Shown in pieces: positions 9,798 through 20,076 of a DNA stretch of 64,000 nt. The notes below the pieces were generated by a model that searched no databases, had not been told where the DNA came from, and saw nothing but the letters and a program-made list of their open reading frames with translations. Made by a program: the position numbers and the translations under genes. Each line of letters opens with the position of its first letter. Positions within the stretch are counted from its first letter, which is position 1. Source of the stretch: Actinomycetota bacterium (GTDB lineage Bacteria > Actinomycetota > UBA4738 > HRBIN12); assembly GCA_034667405.1 (NCBI GenBank), contig JAXDJX010000012.1, positions 43,766-107,765 on the forward strand. Direction: 5' to 3'.

Positions 9798-10537
9798 GCC
9801 GACACCGGCGCAGTGAGGATGGGTGTCTGCGTAGGCGCGGAAGGACAGGTTGCGCGTTCGATCGTTATGGCCATCAGGTCGGCGTTCCCCACGTTGGCGC
9901 TCACCGACGTATGGAGGATCCCGTTCGACGACGAGGCACAGCCGGCCGATGTCGCTTCCTTGCCGGTGATCGTCCAGACCTCGTAGACCTCGCCGGCACC
10001 GACCTTCGGCAATCCTGCTCCGAACAGCACCGCGCCGGCTTCCCCGGGGGTGTAGGCCATGAGCAAGGAACCGGTGTCTCCCTGGAACTGCACGATCCGC
10101 TGAGATAGGGCCACGGAACGAATCGGCACGGAGGTGCTCAGCCGGAGCCCCAGCGCTCCGCCGCCTACCACCACAACGAAGGCGGCGGCGACCGCGACCG
10201 CCGTACGCCACGAGCTTCGCCGCCGCCTGGGTTCGGAAAGGTCGTCGCTGCGTGTCTCCGCCGTGGGTTCGGCGGCCTCGGGAACGGCCACGACCGTCCC
10301 AACCCCGCGGGGCGAGGCTGAAAGGATGGCTTCGACCATCCCCGCGCCGACGAGCTCGGGCGTGAGCGAGTCGGCGAGCATGGCGGCCGTCTCCATGAAC
10401 TCATCCTCCAGGCGACGGCACTCGGCGCAATCGCCGTGTGCGGCGAGTTCGCGCTCGAGGGTCTCGACGTCACTCCCGTCCAGGCCGCCCAACGCACGAA
10501 CCGCGAGCAGTTCCTCGATCCGCCCGTGCGTCGTCAT
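9794..10537 (-). CDS. rskA: anti-sigma factor, RskA-like
   Basis: N-terminal zinc-finger-like HGDCAEC, a single TM (AVAVAAAFVVVVGGGAL), and an RskA-type C-terminal domain (GEVYEVWTI). Its start overlaps the sigma gene stop by 4 nt. Confidence 0.65.
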   Translation of the reverse strand: MTTHGRIEELLAVRALGGLDGSDVETLERELAAHGDCAECRRLEDEFMETAAMLADSLTPELVGAGMVEAILSASPRGVGTVVAVPEAAEPTAETRSDDLSEPRRRRSSWRTAVAVAAAFVVVVGGGALGLRLSTSVPIRSVALSQRIVQFQGDTGSLLMAYTPGEAGAVLFGAGLPKVGAGEVYEVWTITGKEATSAGCASSSNGILHTSVSANVGNADLMAITIERATCPSAPTQTPILTAPVSA

Positions 10538-11148
10538 CGCTCGATCCCTTCCAGCGCGACGCGGAGGCGGCGCATGCCGAGGAGCGTGCGGGATTTCACC
10601 GTTCCGAGTGGAAGACCGTTCCGCTCCGCTATCTCAGACTGCGAGAGTCCGTCGAAGTACATCATCTCCAGCACCGCACGCTGCGCCTCGGGGAGGGTGT
10701 TCAACGCAGCGCGGATGGCTGCCCGTTCCTGCGGCGCTCCGAGTTCCGTCGCGACCGCCTCCGCGTGGTCCTCGGTCTCCAGGGTGGCGACGGCACCTTC
10801 GGCCTCGGCCCGCCTCCGCTGAGACTCTTCCCGGCGAACAGCGTCGACGGCTCGGTGATGCACCATGCCCATCAACCAGGTCTTCACGGATCCCCGTTGC
10901 TCTTCGTACGCAGCTGGGTTCCGCCACACGGCCATGAATGCCTCCTGCACGATCTCCTCCGCGAGGTGTTGTTGACGCACGACCCGTAGGGCAAGGGCCT
11001 TCGCAGTGGGTGCGTAGCGGCTGAAGAGGCCACGGAACGCCTCTTCGTCGCGGGTCAGCAGCCGCTGCAGGAGGTCACGGTCGCCCGTCTGCGAAACGTC
11101 AATGGTTCCCAACGGCGTGCTCCGGATCAGCGTGGCGGTTCCATACAC
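10534..11148 (-). CDS. sigK: ECF (group IV) sigma-70 factor, SigK-like
   Basis: Region 2 (IVQEAFMAVW) and the region 4 HTH (LSQSEIAERNGLPLGTVKSR) are present. GTG start, with GGAAGGA upstream on the minus strand. Confidence 0.75.
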   Translation of the reverse strand: MYGTATLIRSTPLGTIDVSQTGDRDLLQRLLTRDEEAFRGLFSRYAPTAKALALRVVRQQHLAEEIVQEAFMAVWRNPAAYEEQRGSVKTWLMGMVHHRAVDAVRREESQRRRAEAEGAVATLETEDHAEAVATELGAPQERAAIRAALNTLPEAQRAVLEMMYFDGLSQSEIAERNGLPLGTVKSRTLLGMRRLRVALEGIER

Positions 11149-11199
11149 GGCGAGCGTCGATCCTTCCGTTGTGGGAGTTGCTCGACGTGTATTCGCGTC

Positions 11200-12051
11200 T
11201 CATGGGCTGTCGGATCTGTGATCGGCACTCTGCTGGGCGAGGTGGCGGCCCGCCGACTCGAGGATCTGCTCGAGCGATGCGGGGTGTTCGGGATCATAGA
11301 GGCTGCTCCCGACGCTCAGTGAGAGGAGCCGCGGGTTGTCCGACCGCGCGTTGTGCAGCGCGATCGATTCGACCAGCCGAGACAGGACCAGCGTCTCGGC
11401 GCCGCTGGCCTCTCCGGTGAGCAACACGCAGAACGTATCCGGCGCGACCCGCGCGGGCAGATCCGAGTCACGGACCGCCTGCATCAGCACCTCGGCGGCG
11501 TCCCGCGCCATCTCGTCGGCACCGGTTGCACCTTCGTTCGACATGGTCTCGACGAACCCGTCCAGCCGAACGAACAGGAACACCACGGGGTGTTTGACGC
11601 GGTCGGCCATCCGGAGATGGTGCTCCGCGATAGCCCCGAACCCGCGGAGGTTCGGCATCCCGGTCACCGGGTCGGTCGTCGCGAGATCGCGCTGCATGCG
11701 GCGGTGTTCCGTTGCGTAGCGGACCGCGCGAGCCAGAAGTCCACGAGGCATCGCTCCGCGGACCAGGTGATCTTCGGCTCCGGCGTGGCGCGCCATGGCA
11801 CCGTCGGCTTCGTTTGTGGGCTCCGTGACAACCAGGACAGCGGCATCCGGCGCGTGGGCGTGGATGCGGCCGATGGTTTCGATCGGCCCGATCCCGTCCA
11901 GCGAGACGACCACCGCATCGGGAGTCAGAGAGCGAGCGAGTCCTTCATCCAGCGTGGCCGCCGATTCCACCACGAACCCTTCTTCGGCTGAAAGTTCCTC
12001 GTGCATCGCGCCGTCGAGCCCGACGAGCAACACGGTCAAGTCTTGTGTCAA
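11200..12051 (-). CDS. receiver-like domain fused to a degenerate GGDEF domain
   Basis: The GGDEF domain begins at DPVTGMPNLRGF. The GG(D/E)EF position reads APDTF (aa 203-207) while RDSD (aa 194-197) keeps the RxxD I-site spacing. The REC-like N-terminus has D52 and T76, but the conserved Lys position is Arg (DHLVRG). TTG start. Confidence 0.8.
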   Translation of the reverse strand: MTQDLTVLLVGLDGAMHEELSAEEGFVVESAATLDEGLARSLTPDAVVVSLDGIGPIETIGRIHAHAPDAAVLVVTEPTNEADGAMARHAGAEDHLVRGAMPRGLLARAVRYATEHRRMQRDLATTDPVTGMPNLRGFGAIAEHHLRMADRVKHPVVFLFVRLDGFVETMSNEGATGADEMARDAAEVLMQAVRDSDLPARVAPDTFCVLLTGEASGAETLVLSRLVESIALHNARSDNPRLLSLSVGSSLYDPEHPASLEQILESAGRHLAQQSADHRSDSP

Positions 12052-12177
12052 CGATGCCTCCTGAAGGGATGACGGTGCGTGGGCGGATTATGTCATCACC
12101 TGCCGTAACCATTCCGCCACAGGAACGTAATGAAACCCGATGACCGCTGCGGCCCACCTGCCGGTAGGCTCTAGCGT

Positions 12178-13605
12178 ATGAGCGAAGGTTCCCATCGGCC
12201 CCGCCGTACCATCCGTATCGCCATCTCGGCGGCAGCGTCGCTTTCGTTGATCATCGGCGCCGCCACCGCCTATGCCTACGTCCTGGTGGTGCAGAACAAC
12301 GGAACGGGTACCTCCTGCTTCGCTGACTGCTCGTCCTCCGGGCCTAGCGTCTCTTCGAAGTACATCGGGCCGTGCGCGAGTCGTTCCTGCAACTACCTGC
12401 TCCTCGGCTCCGACTCCCGTTCCAACCTGAGTCATGCCGATCAGGTCGCGAACGGCACGAACGCCCAAGCGGGGGCGGGTGATCACTCCGACGTCATCAT
12501 GGTGGTGCACACCGAACCCGATGGGAAGACAGTCATCCTGTCGTTCCCTCGAGACCTATGGGTGAACATCCCCGGCCTGGGCAAAGGAAAGATCAACTCC
12601 GCGTTCGCCGGCGGGATCGCGGGCGGAGGCCCGGCCCGGGTCGCCCAGACGGTGTCGCAGATCACCGGTCTGAAGATCAGCCATTTCCTGGCCGTCGATC
12701 TCGGGGGGTTCCAAGGTGTCGTCGACTCGATCGACGGGATCGACATGTGCCTCCCGGCGACCGAAGCGGGACCCGACGGCTGGCTGACCGATCCGAACAC
12801 GCAGCTCCACCTGCAGCCCGGCTGTCAGCATCTCGATGGCCAGCAGGTGCTTTCCTACGTTCGTTCCCGCCACCTCCCGTGCGATGTGAACGGAGACTTC
12901 AACCGCATCAGCCGTCAGCAGGCGTTCCTTCGTGCGGTCATCAATCGCATGCTCCAACCGAGCGAACTCTTGAAGATCCCCGGGTTCATCAAGCCCGTGC
13001 TCTCGAACCTGAAGCGGGACAAAGGGCTGACCATCGCCGACCTGGCGTATCTCACCGGTCAGCTCCACGGGCTCTCGAGTGGCGACGTCCTCTTCCGCAA
13101 CGTGCCGGTGAAGCTCGGTCAGGTCACCGTGCCGGAATACACGTTCCCATTGGACGTGGAGTTCCTCGATCCATCCGCACAGCCATTGTTCAAGGCCCTT
13201 CGAGACAACAGCGCGCTGCCCGCCGACACGACGCTGCCCGGAACGCCGATCTCCGAATCCCAGATCACCATCCCGGTGGTCGACCACGCCTCCGCGGGCA
13301 AGGCGGCCGGCGTCGAGACCATCCTGTCGCAGGCAGGCTTCGACATCTCACCCGCCGTCGTTCCCTACGCCACCTTCGATTCGACGGTGAAAGGAACGGT
13401 GATCGCGTACAGCGCCGGCTCTAAGGACGCGGCAGATCAAGCTGCCGTGGTGCATTCGTACTTCTTGGATGTTCCGATGAAGGCGGTGCCGGCCAAGCTC
13501 CTCGGAGGGAACAAGGTGGCGCTGTTCGTCACGGCCGCCTACCAGCCTCCGTCCACAAGCACGCCGGAGCCGACCACGTCATCTGGCTGTCTGCCGGCTG
13601 CCTAG
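12178..13605 (+). CDS. LytR-CpsA-Psr (LCP) family glycopolymer ligase
   Basis: N-terminal TM, LCP core SDVIMVVHTEPDGKTVILSFPRDLWV, and a C-terminal LytR_C-like domain. Confidence 0.9.
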   Translation: MSEGSHRPRRTIRIAISAAASLSLIIGAATAYAYVLVVQNNGTGTSCFADCSSSGPSVSSKYIGPCASRSCNYLLLGSDSRSNLSHADQVANGTNAQAGAGDHSDVIMVVHTEPDGKTVILSFPRDLWVNIPGLGKGKINSAFAGGIAGGGPARVAQTVSQITGLKISHFLAVDLGGFQGVVDSIDGIDMCLPATEAGPDGWLTDPNTQLHLQPGCQHLDGQQVLSYVRSRHLPCDVNGDFNRISRQQAFLRAVINRMLQPSELLKIPGFIKPVLSNLKRDKGLTIADLAYLTGQLHGLSSGDVLFRNVPVKLGQVTVPEYTFPLDVEFLDPSAQPLFKALRDNSALPADTTLPGTPISESQITIPVVDHASAGKAAGVETILSQAGFDISPAVVPYATFDSTVKGTVIAYSAGSKDAADQAAVVHSYFLDVPMKAVPAKLLGGNKVALFVTAAYQPPSTSTPEPTTSSGCLPAA

Positions 13606-13649
13606 ACGCTACGTTCCGCGCGACCCCTCCACCTGCCAGACTGACCGCC

Positions 13650-14708
13650 ATGCGCGCGCTCATCCTCTCGGGCGGTGAAGGGAGCCGCCTGCGGCCCATC
13701 ACCCACACGCAGGCCAAGCAGCTCATCCCCATCGCGGGCACGCCGATCCTTTTCCATGCCGTGCAGGCCATCGCGGACGCCGGGATCACGGAAGTCGGGA
13801 TCATCGTGGGTTCGACTGCGGCTGAGGTTCGGACTGCGGTCGGTGACGGGTCGAGGTGGGGCGTGCAGGTGACCTACATCCCGCAGGACGCTCCGTTGGG
13901 GCTGGCGCACGCCGTCCTCACCGCCGACGACTTCGTGCGAGGTGAGCCGTTCCTCATGTATCTCGGCGACAACGTCCTGCTTGAGGGCCTCACCCGGTTC
14001 GTCGAGGAGTTCGAACGGACACGGCCCGATGCGCAGATCTTCCTGGCGCGCGTGCCGGAGCCCGAACGCTTCGGCGTGGCGGTCCTGGAGGGCGAGCGGG
14101 TGATCAGGCTGGTTGAGAAACCTACCGACCACATCAGCGATCTGGCCCTGGTGGGTGTCTATCTGTTCGACGATTCCATCCTGGAAGCCGCGAACGCCAT
14201 CCGCCCCAGCGCGCGCGGAGAGCTGGAGATCACCGACGCTATCCAGTGGCTCATCGATCACGGACGAACCGTCCGCGCGGAGATGGTCGAGGGTTGGTGG
14301 AAGGACACCGGGAAGCCAGAGGACCTCCTGGAAGCCAACCGCATCATGCTGTCGGTTCGCGCGGGGAGTCTCGAGGGTGAGATCGACGACGGTTCCTCGG
14401 TTGAGGGCACACTCGTCCTCGGCGCCGGGGCGCGGGTCAGTCGCAGCGTGATCCATGGTCCCGTGGTTATCGGGCCCGGCTGCATCATCGAGGACTCGGA
14501 GATCGGTCCTGATGTCTCGATCGAGCGCGACTGCACGGTTCGTGCCAGCACCCTGCATGACGCAATCGTCATGCAGGAGTGCGCGATCGAGGCCGTCCGC
14601 GGGCTGGGGGGGTCGATCCTCGGTCGCGGCGTCGTGGTCCGCCACTCGGGGCAGACGGGCATGCGTCGGCTGGTGGTCGGCGACCAGAGCCGGGTCGAGG
14701 TGGACTGA
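13650..14708 (+). CDS. rmlA: glucose-1-phosphate thymidylyltransferase, long form with C-terminal beta-helix
   Basis: MRALILSGGEGSRLRPIT nucleotidyltransferase loop plus C-terminal hexapeptide repeats. Sugar specificity is inferred from the adjacent rmlB and rmlD. Confidence 0.75.
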   Translation: MRALILSGGEGSRLRPITHTQAKQLIPIAGTPILFHAVQAIADAGITEVGIIVGSTAAEVRTAVGDGSRWGVQVTYIPQDAPLGLAHAVLTADDFVRGEPFLMYLGDNVLLEGLTRFVEEFERTRPDAQIFLARVPEPERFGVAVLEGERVIRLVEKPTDHISDLALVGVYLFDDSILEAANAIRPSARGELEITDAIQWLIDHGRTVRAEMVEGWWKDTGKPEDLLEANRIMLSVRAGSLEGEIDDGSSVEGTLVLGAGARVSRSVIHGPVVIGPGCIIEDSEIGPDVSIERDCTVRASTLHDAIVMQECAIEAVRGLGGSILGRGVVVRHSGQTGMRRLVVGDQSRVEVD

Positions 14709-14713
14709 GTTCG

Positions 14714-15877
14714 ATGAGGGTCGTGGTCGATGCTCGACCTGCGCTCGGGCCGCGTCCCACGGGGGTCGGCCGCTACGCGCGGGAGATCGTGCTCAGACTT
14801 CCTTCTGCCGATCCGGAAGCTGCCTATGTCGCGTGGTACCTCCACGCCAGGGGTCTTCTCCGTCCCCGTTCGTTCTTCCCCGGCGCCGGATCCAATCTGA
14901 CCGAACGTGCCTCGCGCTTCCCGGCCCGCGTGTACCAACCCCTCGCCTGGCGCACGGGGTTCCCTCGGGTCGAATGGCTCGCCGGCCCCTACGACCTGCT
15001 CTTGGCCACGAACTTCCTTCCACCCGCAACCGGCCGCGCCGGCCGGGTGGTCCCGGTCGTCCACGACCTTGCGTTCGTTCGACATCCCGATACGGCCCCG
15101 CACGTCGATGAGCGCTGGCGACGACGTTTCCTCGCCACGATTCAGGCCGCGCCCGGCGTGATCGTCCCGAGCCACGCCGTGCGCGATGACCTGACCCTCT
15201 TCGCACCGTCCATCGACCCCGCCCGCATCCACGTGATCCACCATGGTGTGGAGCAGGCGGCGTTCACGGCCGCTGCGCCCCCCGTGGTCGACGACGTCCG
15301 CAGGCGATTCGGTATCGGAGGTCGTTACGCCTTGTTCCTGGGAGGCATCGAACCCCGCAAGAATCTGGTGCGTTTGGTGCGGGCCTTCGGCTCCATCGCC
15401 GATCGGGATGCCTGGCTGGTCATCGCCGGCGGTGCCGTCAACTGGTTCCCCGACGCCTCGGTCCAGGTGGATGCGGCGATCGCCGCGCTCGCGCCGCAGG
15501 CGCGAGCGCGGGTGGTTCGCACGGGCTACGTGAGCGACCCCGACAGGGTCGCTCTCCTCTCGGGAGCCGAGATGCTCGCCTACCCCTCGCTCGCCGAAGG
15601 GTTCGGCTTCCCGATCCTGGAAGCGTTCGCGGCGAACATCCCGGTCCTCACCTCGAACACCTCGTCGTTGCCCGAGGTGGCGGGAGACGCCGCCGTCCTG
15701 GTCGATCCCACCGATCCCGGTTCGATCGCATCCGGCTTGGACGAACTGTTCTCTGACGCCGATCTGCGGGCGATGTTCAGGGCGAAGGGACTGGCGCGCG
15801 TCACGGGGTTCACGTGGGAACGGTGCGCGAAGGCAACGGCGCAGGCACTGCATGAGGCCGCCGAACTCGCCCGATAG
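14714..15877 (+). CDS. glycosyltransferase family 4 (GT-B)
   Basis: Uses internal ATG 14714 of ORF 14579..15877 (MRVVVDARP...). The C-terminal half has the E-x7-E-type motif region PSLAEGFGFPILEAFA. Confidence 0.85.
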   Translation: MRVVVDARPALGPRPTGVGRYAREIVLRLPSADPEAAYVAWYLHARGLLRPRSFFPGAGSNLTERASRFPARVYQPLAWRTGFPRVEWLAGPYDLLLATNFLPPATGRAGRVVPVVHDLAFVRHPDTAPHVDERWRRRFLATIQAAPGVIVPSHAVRDDLTLFAPSIDPARIHVIHHGVEQAAFTAAAPPVVDDVRRRFGIGGRYALFLGGIEPRKNLVRLVRAFGSIADRDAWLVIAGGAVNWFPDASVQVDAAIAALAPQARARVVRTGYVSDPDRVALLSGAEMLAYPSLAEGFGFPILEAFAANIPVLTSNTSSLPEVAGDAAVLVDPTDPGSIASGLDELFSDADLRAMFRAKGLARVTGFTWERCAKATAQALHEAAELAR

Positions 15878-15890
15878 ACTCGACCGGACC

Positions 15891-16907
15891 ATGTCGAACA
15901 CGTCCGATCACTTCCTCATCACGGGCGGAGCCGGATTCATCGGTTCCCACCTGGTGGATACCGCGCTCGCTCGTGGCTCCCGGGTGACCGTGCTTGACCG
16001 CCTGTCCATCGGCGGGAGCTTGATGAACCTGGAAGCCCACGAGGGCGATCCGCGATTCACGTTCGTGGAGGCAGATGTCCGCGACGGTTCCGCTGTCGGG
16101 AAGCTCGTTGCCGATGCCACCTGCGTCATCCACGCGGCCGCCGAGACCCACGTGGACCGGAGCATCGACGATCCCCAGGGGTTCGTGTCGTCGAACGTGA
16201 TCGGTACACACACGGTGCTCGAAGCCGCGCGGGCCCACGGCGTGCGCATGCTGATGATCTCGACCGACGAGGTCTACGGTCCCGGGGACCCCGCGGGGGG
16301 TCTCTTCGACGAAGACGACCCGCTCCGGCCACAGAGCCCTTACGCCGCGAGCAAAGCAGCTGCCGATCTCCTATGCCAGGCCGCCTCGACCACCTACGGC
16401 CAGAACGTGACCGTGGTCCGGGGCACCAACGCGTTCGGTCCGCGTCAGATCGAACGCGTCATCCCCACCTACAGCGTCAACGCCGCCGAGGGCAGACCGA
16501 TCCCCGTCTACGGACAGGGGAAGCAACGGCGTGAATTCCTCTATGTCACCGACTGGGTGGAAGCTGCCCTGGTCGTGGCGGATCGTGGGTCACCCGGCGT
16601 CACCTACAACATCGGCGACGGGCACGAACTCGAGAACATCGATCTGGCGGAGCAGATCTGCCGGCTCGCCGGCGCTGACCCGTCGCTCGTCACATTCGTG
16701 GCAGACCGACCCGGTCACGATTTCCGCTACGGCGTCCGATCCGACCGGCTCCGAGCCCTTGGGTGGTCGCCTAAGGTGGAGTTCTCCGACGGGCTCGCCA
16801 CGACGGTGGCGTGGTACCGCGAGCATCTCGAGTGGCTCCGCCGCGCCCACACCGTCAATGTCGTGACGGAGCCGCGGGCCGCCGGGGCCGCCGGAGCGCC
16901 GGCATGA
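15891..16907 (+). CDS. rmlB: dTDP-glucose 4,6-dehydratase
   Basis: Uses internal ATG 15891 ([22 protein letters not shown]). SDR catalytic YAASK is present. Confidence 0.9.
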   Translation: MSNTSDHFLITGGAGFIGSHLVDTALARGSRVTVLDRLSIGGSLMNLEAHEGDPRFTFVEADVRDGSAVGKLVADATCVIHAAAETHVDRSIDDPQGFVSSNVIGTHTVLEAARAHGVRMLMISTDEVYGPGDPAGGLFDEDDPLRPQSPYAASKAAADLLCQAASTTYGQNVTVVRGTNAFGPRQIERVIPTYSVNAAEGRPIPVYGQGKQRREFLYVTDWVEAALVVADRGSPGVTYNIGDGHELENIDLAEQICRLAGADPSLVTFVADRPGHDFRYGVRSDRLRALGWSPKVEFSDGLATTVAWYREHLEWLRRAHTVNVVTEPRAAGAAGAPA

Positions 16908-17746
16908 AGCTCGTCGTCACCGGGGCCGGCGGCGGGCTGGGCCGGGCGTTCCTCGCCCAGGTACCGGGGCACCATGACGTGCATCCCTTCACCCACTTGG
17001 ACCTGGACATCGGGGACCACCATGCCGTCATGGCCACCATCGGAGCGCTGCGTCCCGACGCGATCTTGAACTTCGCCGCGTTCACCAAGGTCGATCAGAA
17101 CGAGACGGAGCCCGATCGCGCGTTCCGAGACAACGCGCTGGGGCCGCAGAGCGTGGCCGTGGCGGCACGGGCCGCCGGCGCCGTTCTGGTCCATATCTCT
17201 ACCGACTACGTCTTCGACGGCGCCAGATCACGGCCCTACGACGAGACCGACACTCCGAATCCGCTGAGCGTCTACGGACGCGCCAAGCTCGCGGGGGAGG
17301 TGAACGTCCGCGCGGTGTTGCCGGAGCACTTCATCATCAGGACCGGGTACATCTTCGGCGGCGGCGACGATTACGTTTCCGCCGCCACGCAACGATTGCG
17401 GGACGGGGCCACCGCCGGCGGGCTGGAGGACCGATTCGGGAGCCCGACGTTCGTCGGACATCTTGCCGAGCGCATCCTTCCGTTGCTGCTCACGGGTCGG
17501 TTCGGCACCTATCACCTAGCGGGCTCCGAGCGTGCCTGCTGGTTCGAGGTACTCCAGCAGATCAAGCAGCTTGCGGGTCTCCCGGGAACGGTCGAACCGC
17601 AGAAGGCCTCCTACCTGGGGTTGCCGGCTCCGCGTCCCGTGAACTCGCCGCTCACCAGCGTGTATACCGAGCATCTGGGGATGCCGCCGATGCCGTCGCT
17701 CGAGTCCTCGCTGACGGCGTTCCTGACCGCCACGAGCGCTGCGTGA
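16904..17746 (+). CDS. rmlD: dTDP-4-dehydrorhamnose reductase
   Basis: ATG 16904 overlaps the rmlB stop (ATGA). It has [16 protein letters not shown] and YGRAKLAGE. Confidence 0.88.
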   Translation: MKLVVTGAGGGLGRAFLAQVPGHHDVHPFTHLDLDIGDHHAVMATIGALRPDAILNFAAFTKVDQNETEPDRAFRDNALGPQSVAVAARAAGAVLVHISTDYVFDGARSRPYDETDTPNPLSVYGRAKLAGEVNVRAVLPEHFIIRTGYIFGGGDDYVSAATQRLRDGATAGGLEDRFGSPTFVGHLAERILPLLLTGRFGTYHLAGSERACWFEVLQQIKQLAGLPGTVEPQKASYLGLPAPRPVNSPLTSVYTEHLGMPPMPSLESSLTAFLTATSAA

Positions 17747-17792
17747 TCGGGTCCGGGAGCGGTCGGTTCGGATGCTAGGCTGACCTGCAACG

Positions 17793-18188
17793 ATGGCCCC
17801 CAAACCCTTGGATGATGACGCCCGCGACGCCCTTGCGCGAGAGCTGTATTGGGCGCAGGAACACGCCGCGAAGGGCAACATGGGCACGGGCGAAGTGCGT
17901 GACAGGCTCCGCGAGCTGGCGACGCAGATCCGGGCCGATGAGAAGGTTTTGATCCCCCTCGGGGAAGCCAACCTCATCGCCGCAGGGCGGGGACGGCGGT
18001 TCTTCAAGTACAAGCTGTTCCGGATGGCGCGACCCATCACCCGCCGATATGACCGCCTCACGGCCGACCACGCCGAGCTGAGCAAGGCGCTCGCAGACCG
18101 TCTCCTTGCCGTCGAGGCCGAACTCGAGGATCTTCGGCTCCTCCTCGTCGAGATGGGCGATGCGAACCGGCGAGGTCCAGCCGGGTGA
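17793..18188 (+). CDS. hypothetical coiled-coil protein inside the glycan cluster
   Basis: 131 aa, charged and helical (LSKALADRLLAVEAELEDLRLLLVEM). Its stop overlaps the GTG of the next glycosyltransferase gene. No known motif. Confidence 0.55.
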   Translation: MAPKPLDDDARDALARELYWAQEHAAKGNMGTGEVRDRLRELATQIRADEKVLIPLGEANLIAAGRGRRFFKYKLFRMARPITRRYDRLTADHAELSKALADRLLAVEAELEDLRLLLVEMGDANRRGPAG

Positions 18189-19237
18189 GGATCGCGGTCC
18201 TGCATCCGCAGGCCGCGTTCGTGCGTGGGGGAGCGGAGGCGCACGCGCAGGCCTTGGTCCGGGCGCTTCAGGACGCCGGCCATGAAGCAGACCTGGTCAC
18301 CATCGCGTGGCAGTGGTTCCCGCCGGTGCGGCTCGCGCACAACATGGCTATCTGGCGGAGTTTCGACATCGCCGAGTCCAACGGTTTGACGGTGGACGCC
18401 GTCATCGCCCTGAAGTTCCCCGCCTACCTGGTCCGTCACGAACGCAAGATCGTCTGGCTCATCCACCAGCACCGGACCGCCTACGACCTCTGGGACCATC
18501 CGGAGTTCTCCGATCTCGCCCGGATGGACCAAGGACCGGCTATCCGCGACATGATCGTGAACTCCGACCGCGTGGCGCTGGACGAGGCCACGCATATCTT
18601 CACCAACTCGGCGAACGTGAAACGACGGTTGTGGGAGTCGCTCCGGATCGAGGGGGAGGTCCTCTACCACCCGTCCGATACCACCATGACGCTCATGAAC
18701 GCGCACCCTGGTCCCTACGGCGATCACGTCTTCTTCCCAAGTCGCTTCGAGCCCGTCAAGCGACAGTCCCTGGCGATCGAGGCGATGCGCCATGTCCGTT
18801 CGCCGGCATCGCTGGTCCTGGTCGGACGAGGTCCCGACGAAGCGATGCTTCGTGCGCTGATCGATCAACACGGACTCAATGACCGCGTGCGGCTGGAGAT
18901 CGGCGTCACGGACGAGCGGCTCCAGGAGTTGTATCTGACCGCGCTCGCGGTCCTGTATCCATCGTTCGACGAGGACTACGGCTACGTGACCATCGAAGGC
19001 ATGGCAGCCGAACGTCCGGTCATCACCTGTAGCGACAGCGGCGGCCCGCTCGAGTTCGTGACGGATGGAGAGACCGGCCTGGTGACGGCGCCTGAGCCGG
19101 GGGCGATCGCGAGTGCGATCGACCGGCTTCATGCGGATCGAACGTTGGCCGCCCGGCTAGGTCCTGCCGGCAGGGCTCGCGTTCGCGAGGTCGTCCCGGG
19201 CTGGCCCGAGGTCGTCGAACGGTTGCTGCAGCCATGA
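18185..19237 (+). CDS. glycosyltransferase family 4 (GT-B)
   Basis: PSRFEPVKRQ and EDYGYVTIEGMAAERPVI are typical of GT4 C-terminal domains. GTG start overlaps the upstream stop. Confidence 0.85.
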   Translation: MRIAVLHPQAAFVRGGAEAHAQALVRALQDAGHEADLVTIAWQWFPPVRLAHNMAIWRSFDIAESNGLTVDAVIALKFPAYLVRHERKIVWLIHQHRTAYDLWDHPEFSDLARMDQGPAIRDMIVNSDRVALDEATHIFTNSANVKRRLWESLRIEGEVLYHPSDTTMTLMNAHPGPYGDHVFFPSRFEPVKRQSLAIEAMRHVRSPASLVLVGRGPDEAMLRALIDQHGLNDRVRLEIGVTDERLQELYLTALAVLYPSFDEDYGYVTIEGMAAERPVITCSDSGGPLEFVTDGETGLVTAPEPGAIASAIDRLHADRTLAARLGPAGRARVREVVPGWPEVVERLLQP

Positions 19238-20040
19238 GCCTGCGCGAGCTGGCCGTCCGGTTCGTTCCGCGGCACACGCGGCTCGGCCGGGTCGCGTGGA
19301 GTGGGGGGCGTCGATTCTTCGGGCCGAAGATCCTGGTGCCGGGCACGCTGGGCGATCTCCTCTTGTTGGTCCCCCCCGAGCGCCTCACCGCGGAGGCACT
19401 GCGCGAAGCGGGGTTCCCGACGACAACGAGGATCGACCAGTCCTGGCCGGTGAAGCCCGCAGACGTACACCGTTCGCACGGCTTTCACCTCTGCGTCATC
19501 GAGATCGGCGATGACCCGAGCCTCTACCTGAACGCCTACCGCGCCGCGTTCGTGGAGTCGTGCTTCATCCTCCTGGATGTGCGCGATATCTCGCCGCTGA
19601 TCTGGCGGCTCCGCGGGTTGGGGGACCCCCTTGGCTATCGCGCAGCCCATCTCGCGCGAGACGCGCAGGATCGCCTGGGTCACGAGCTGAGCGATGTCGA
19701 GCGATTCGGTCGTGCCTCCGTGGCCCATCTGGTGCGTCGGGCGAAGTTCCTCGTCGTGCCGGGTCCCGATCCAGCGGACCAACTCCGGGCGCTGGGATGC
19801 CTCACCCCGATCGCCGTGATCCCCCCCGGTCCCGACGGCCGGTCCGCGCTGGCGGCGACCATCCAAGGCGCCGTCACCATGGTGAAGGATCCCGCCCACG
19901 CCGCGCTCGAGCTCTGGGCGGGCGCGCTGGCCGACATGGGGATGGACCCCGCAGACCTGGATGGATCCACGGTGCTCTCCTACCTCCGAGCCATGAACGG
20001 CTTCAAAGGAACACCATCGAACCTTCAAGGTCAGGCCTGA
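19234..20040 (+). CDS. hypothetical protein inside the glycan cluster
   Basis: 268 aa. ATGA coupling to the upstream GT4 gene. No TM and no recognisable catalytic motif. Confidence 0.55.
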   Translation: MSLRELAVRFVPRHTRLGRVAWSGGRRFFGPKILVPGTLGDLLLLVPPERLTAEALREAGFPTTTRIDQSWPVKPADVHRSHGFHLCVIEIGDDPSLYLNAYRAAFVESCFILLDVRDISPLIWRLRGLGDPLGYRAAHLARDAQDRLGHELSDVERFGRASVAHLVRRAKFLVVPGPDPADQLRALGCLTPIAVIPPGPDGRSALAATIQGAVTMVKDPAHAALELWAGALADMGMDPADLDGSTVLSYLRAMNGFKGTPSNLQGQA

Positions 20041-20076
20041 CCCGGTTGCTAAACTCGTGCGAACGCGCTGACCTGC

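Noticed and set aside
14258-19132. Long minus-strand ORFs 14258..15901 and 17516..19132
   Set aside because: They are antisense to rmlA, the GT4 gene, rmlB, and to the coiled-coil ORF and second GT4 gene. No motifs, a GC-frame artefact.
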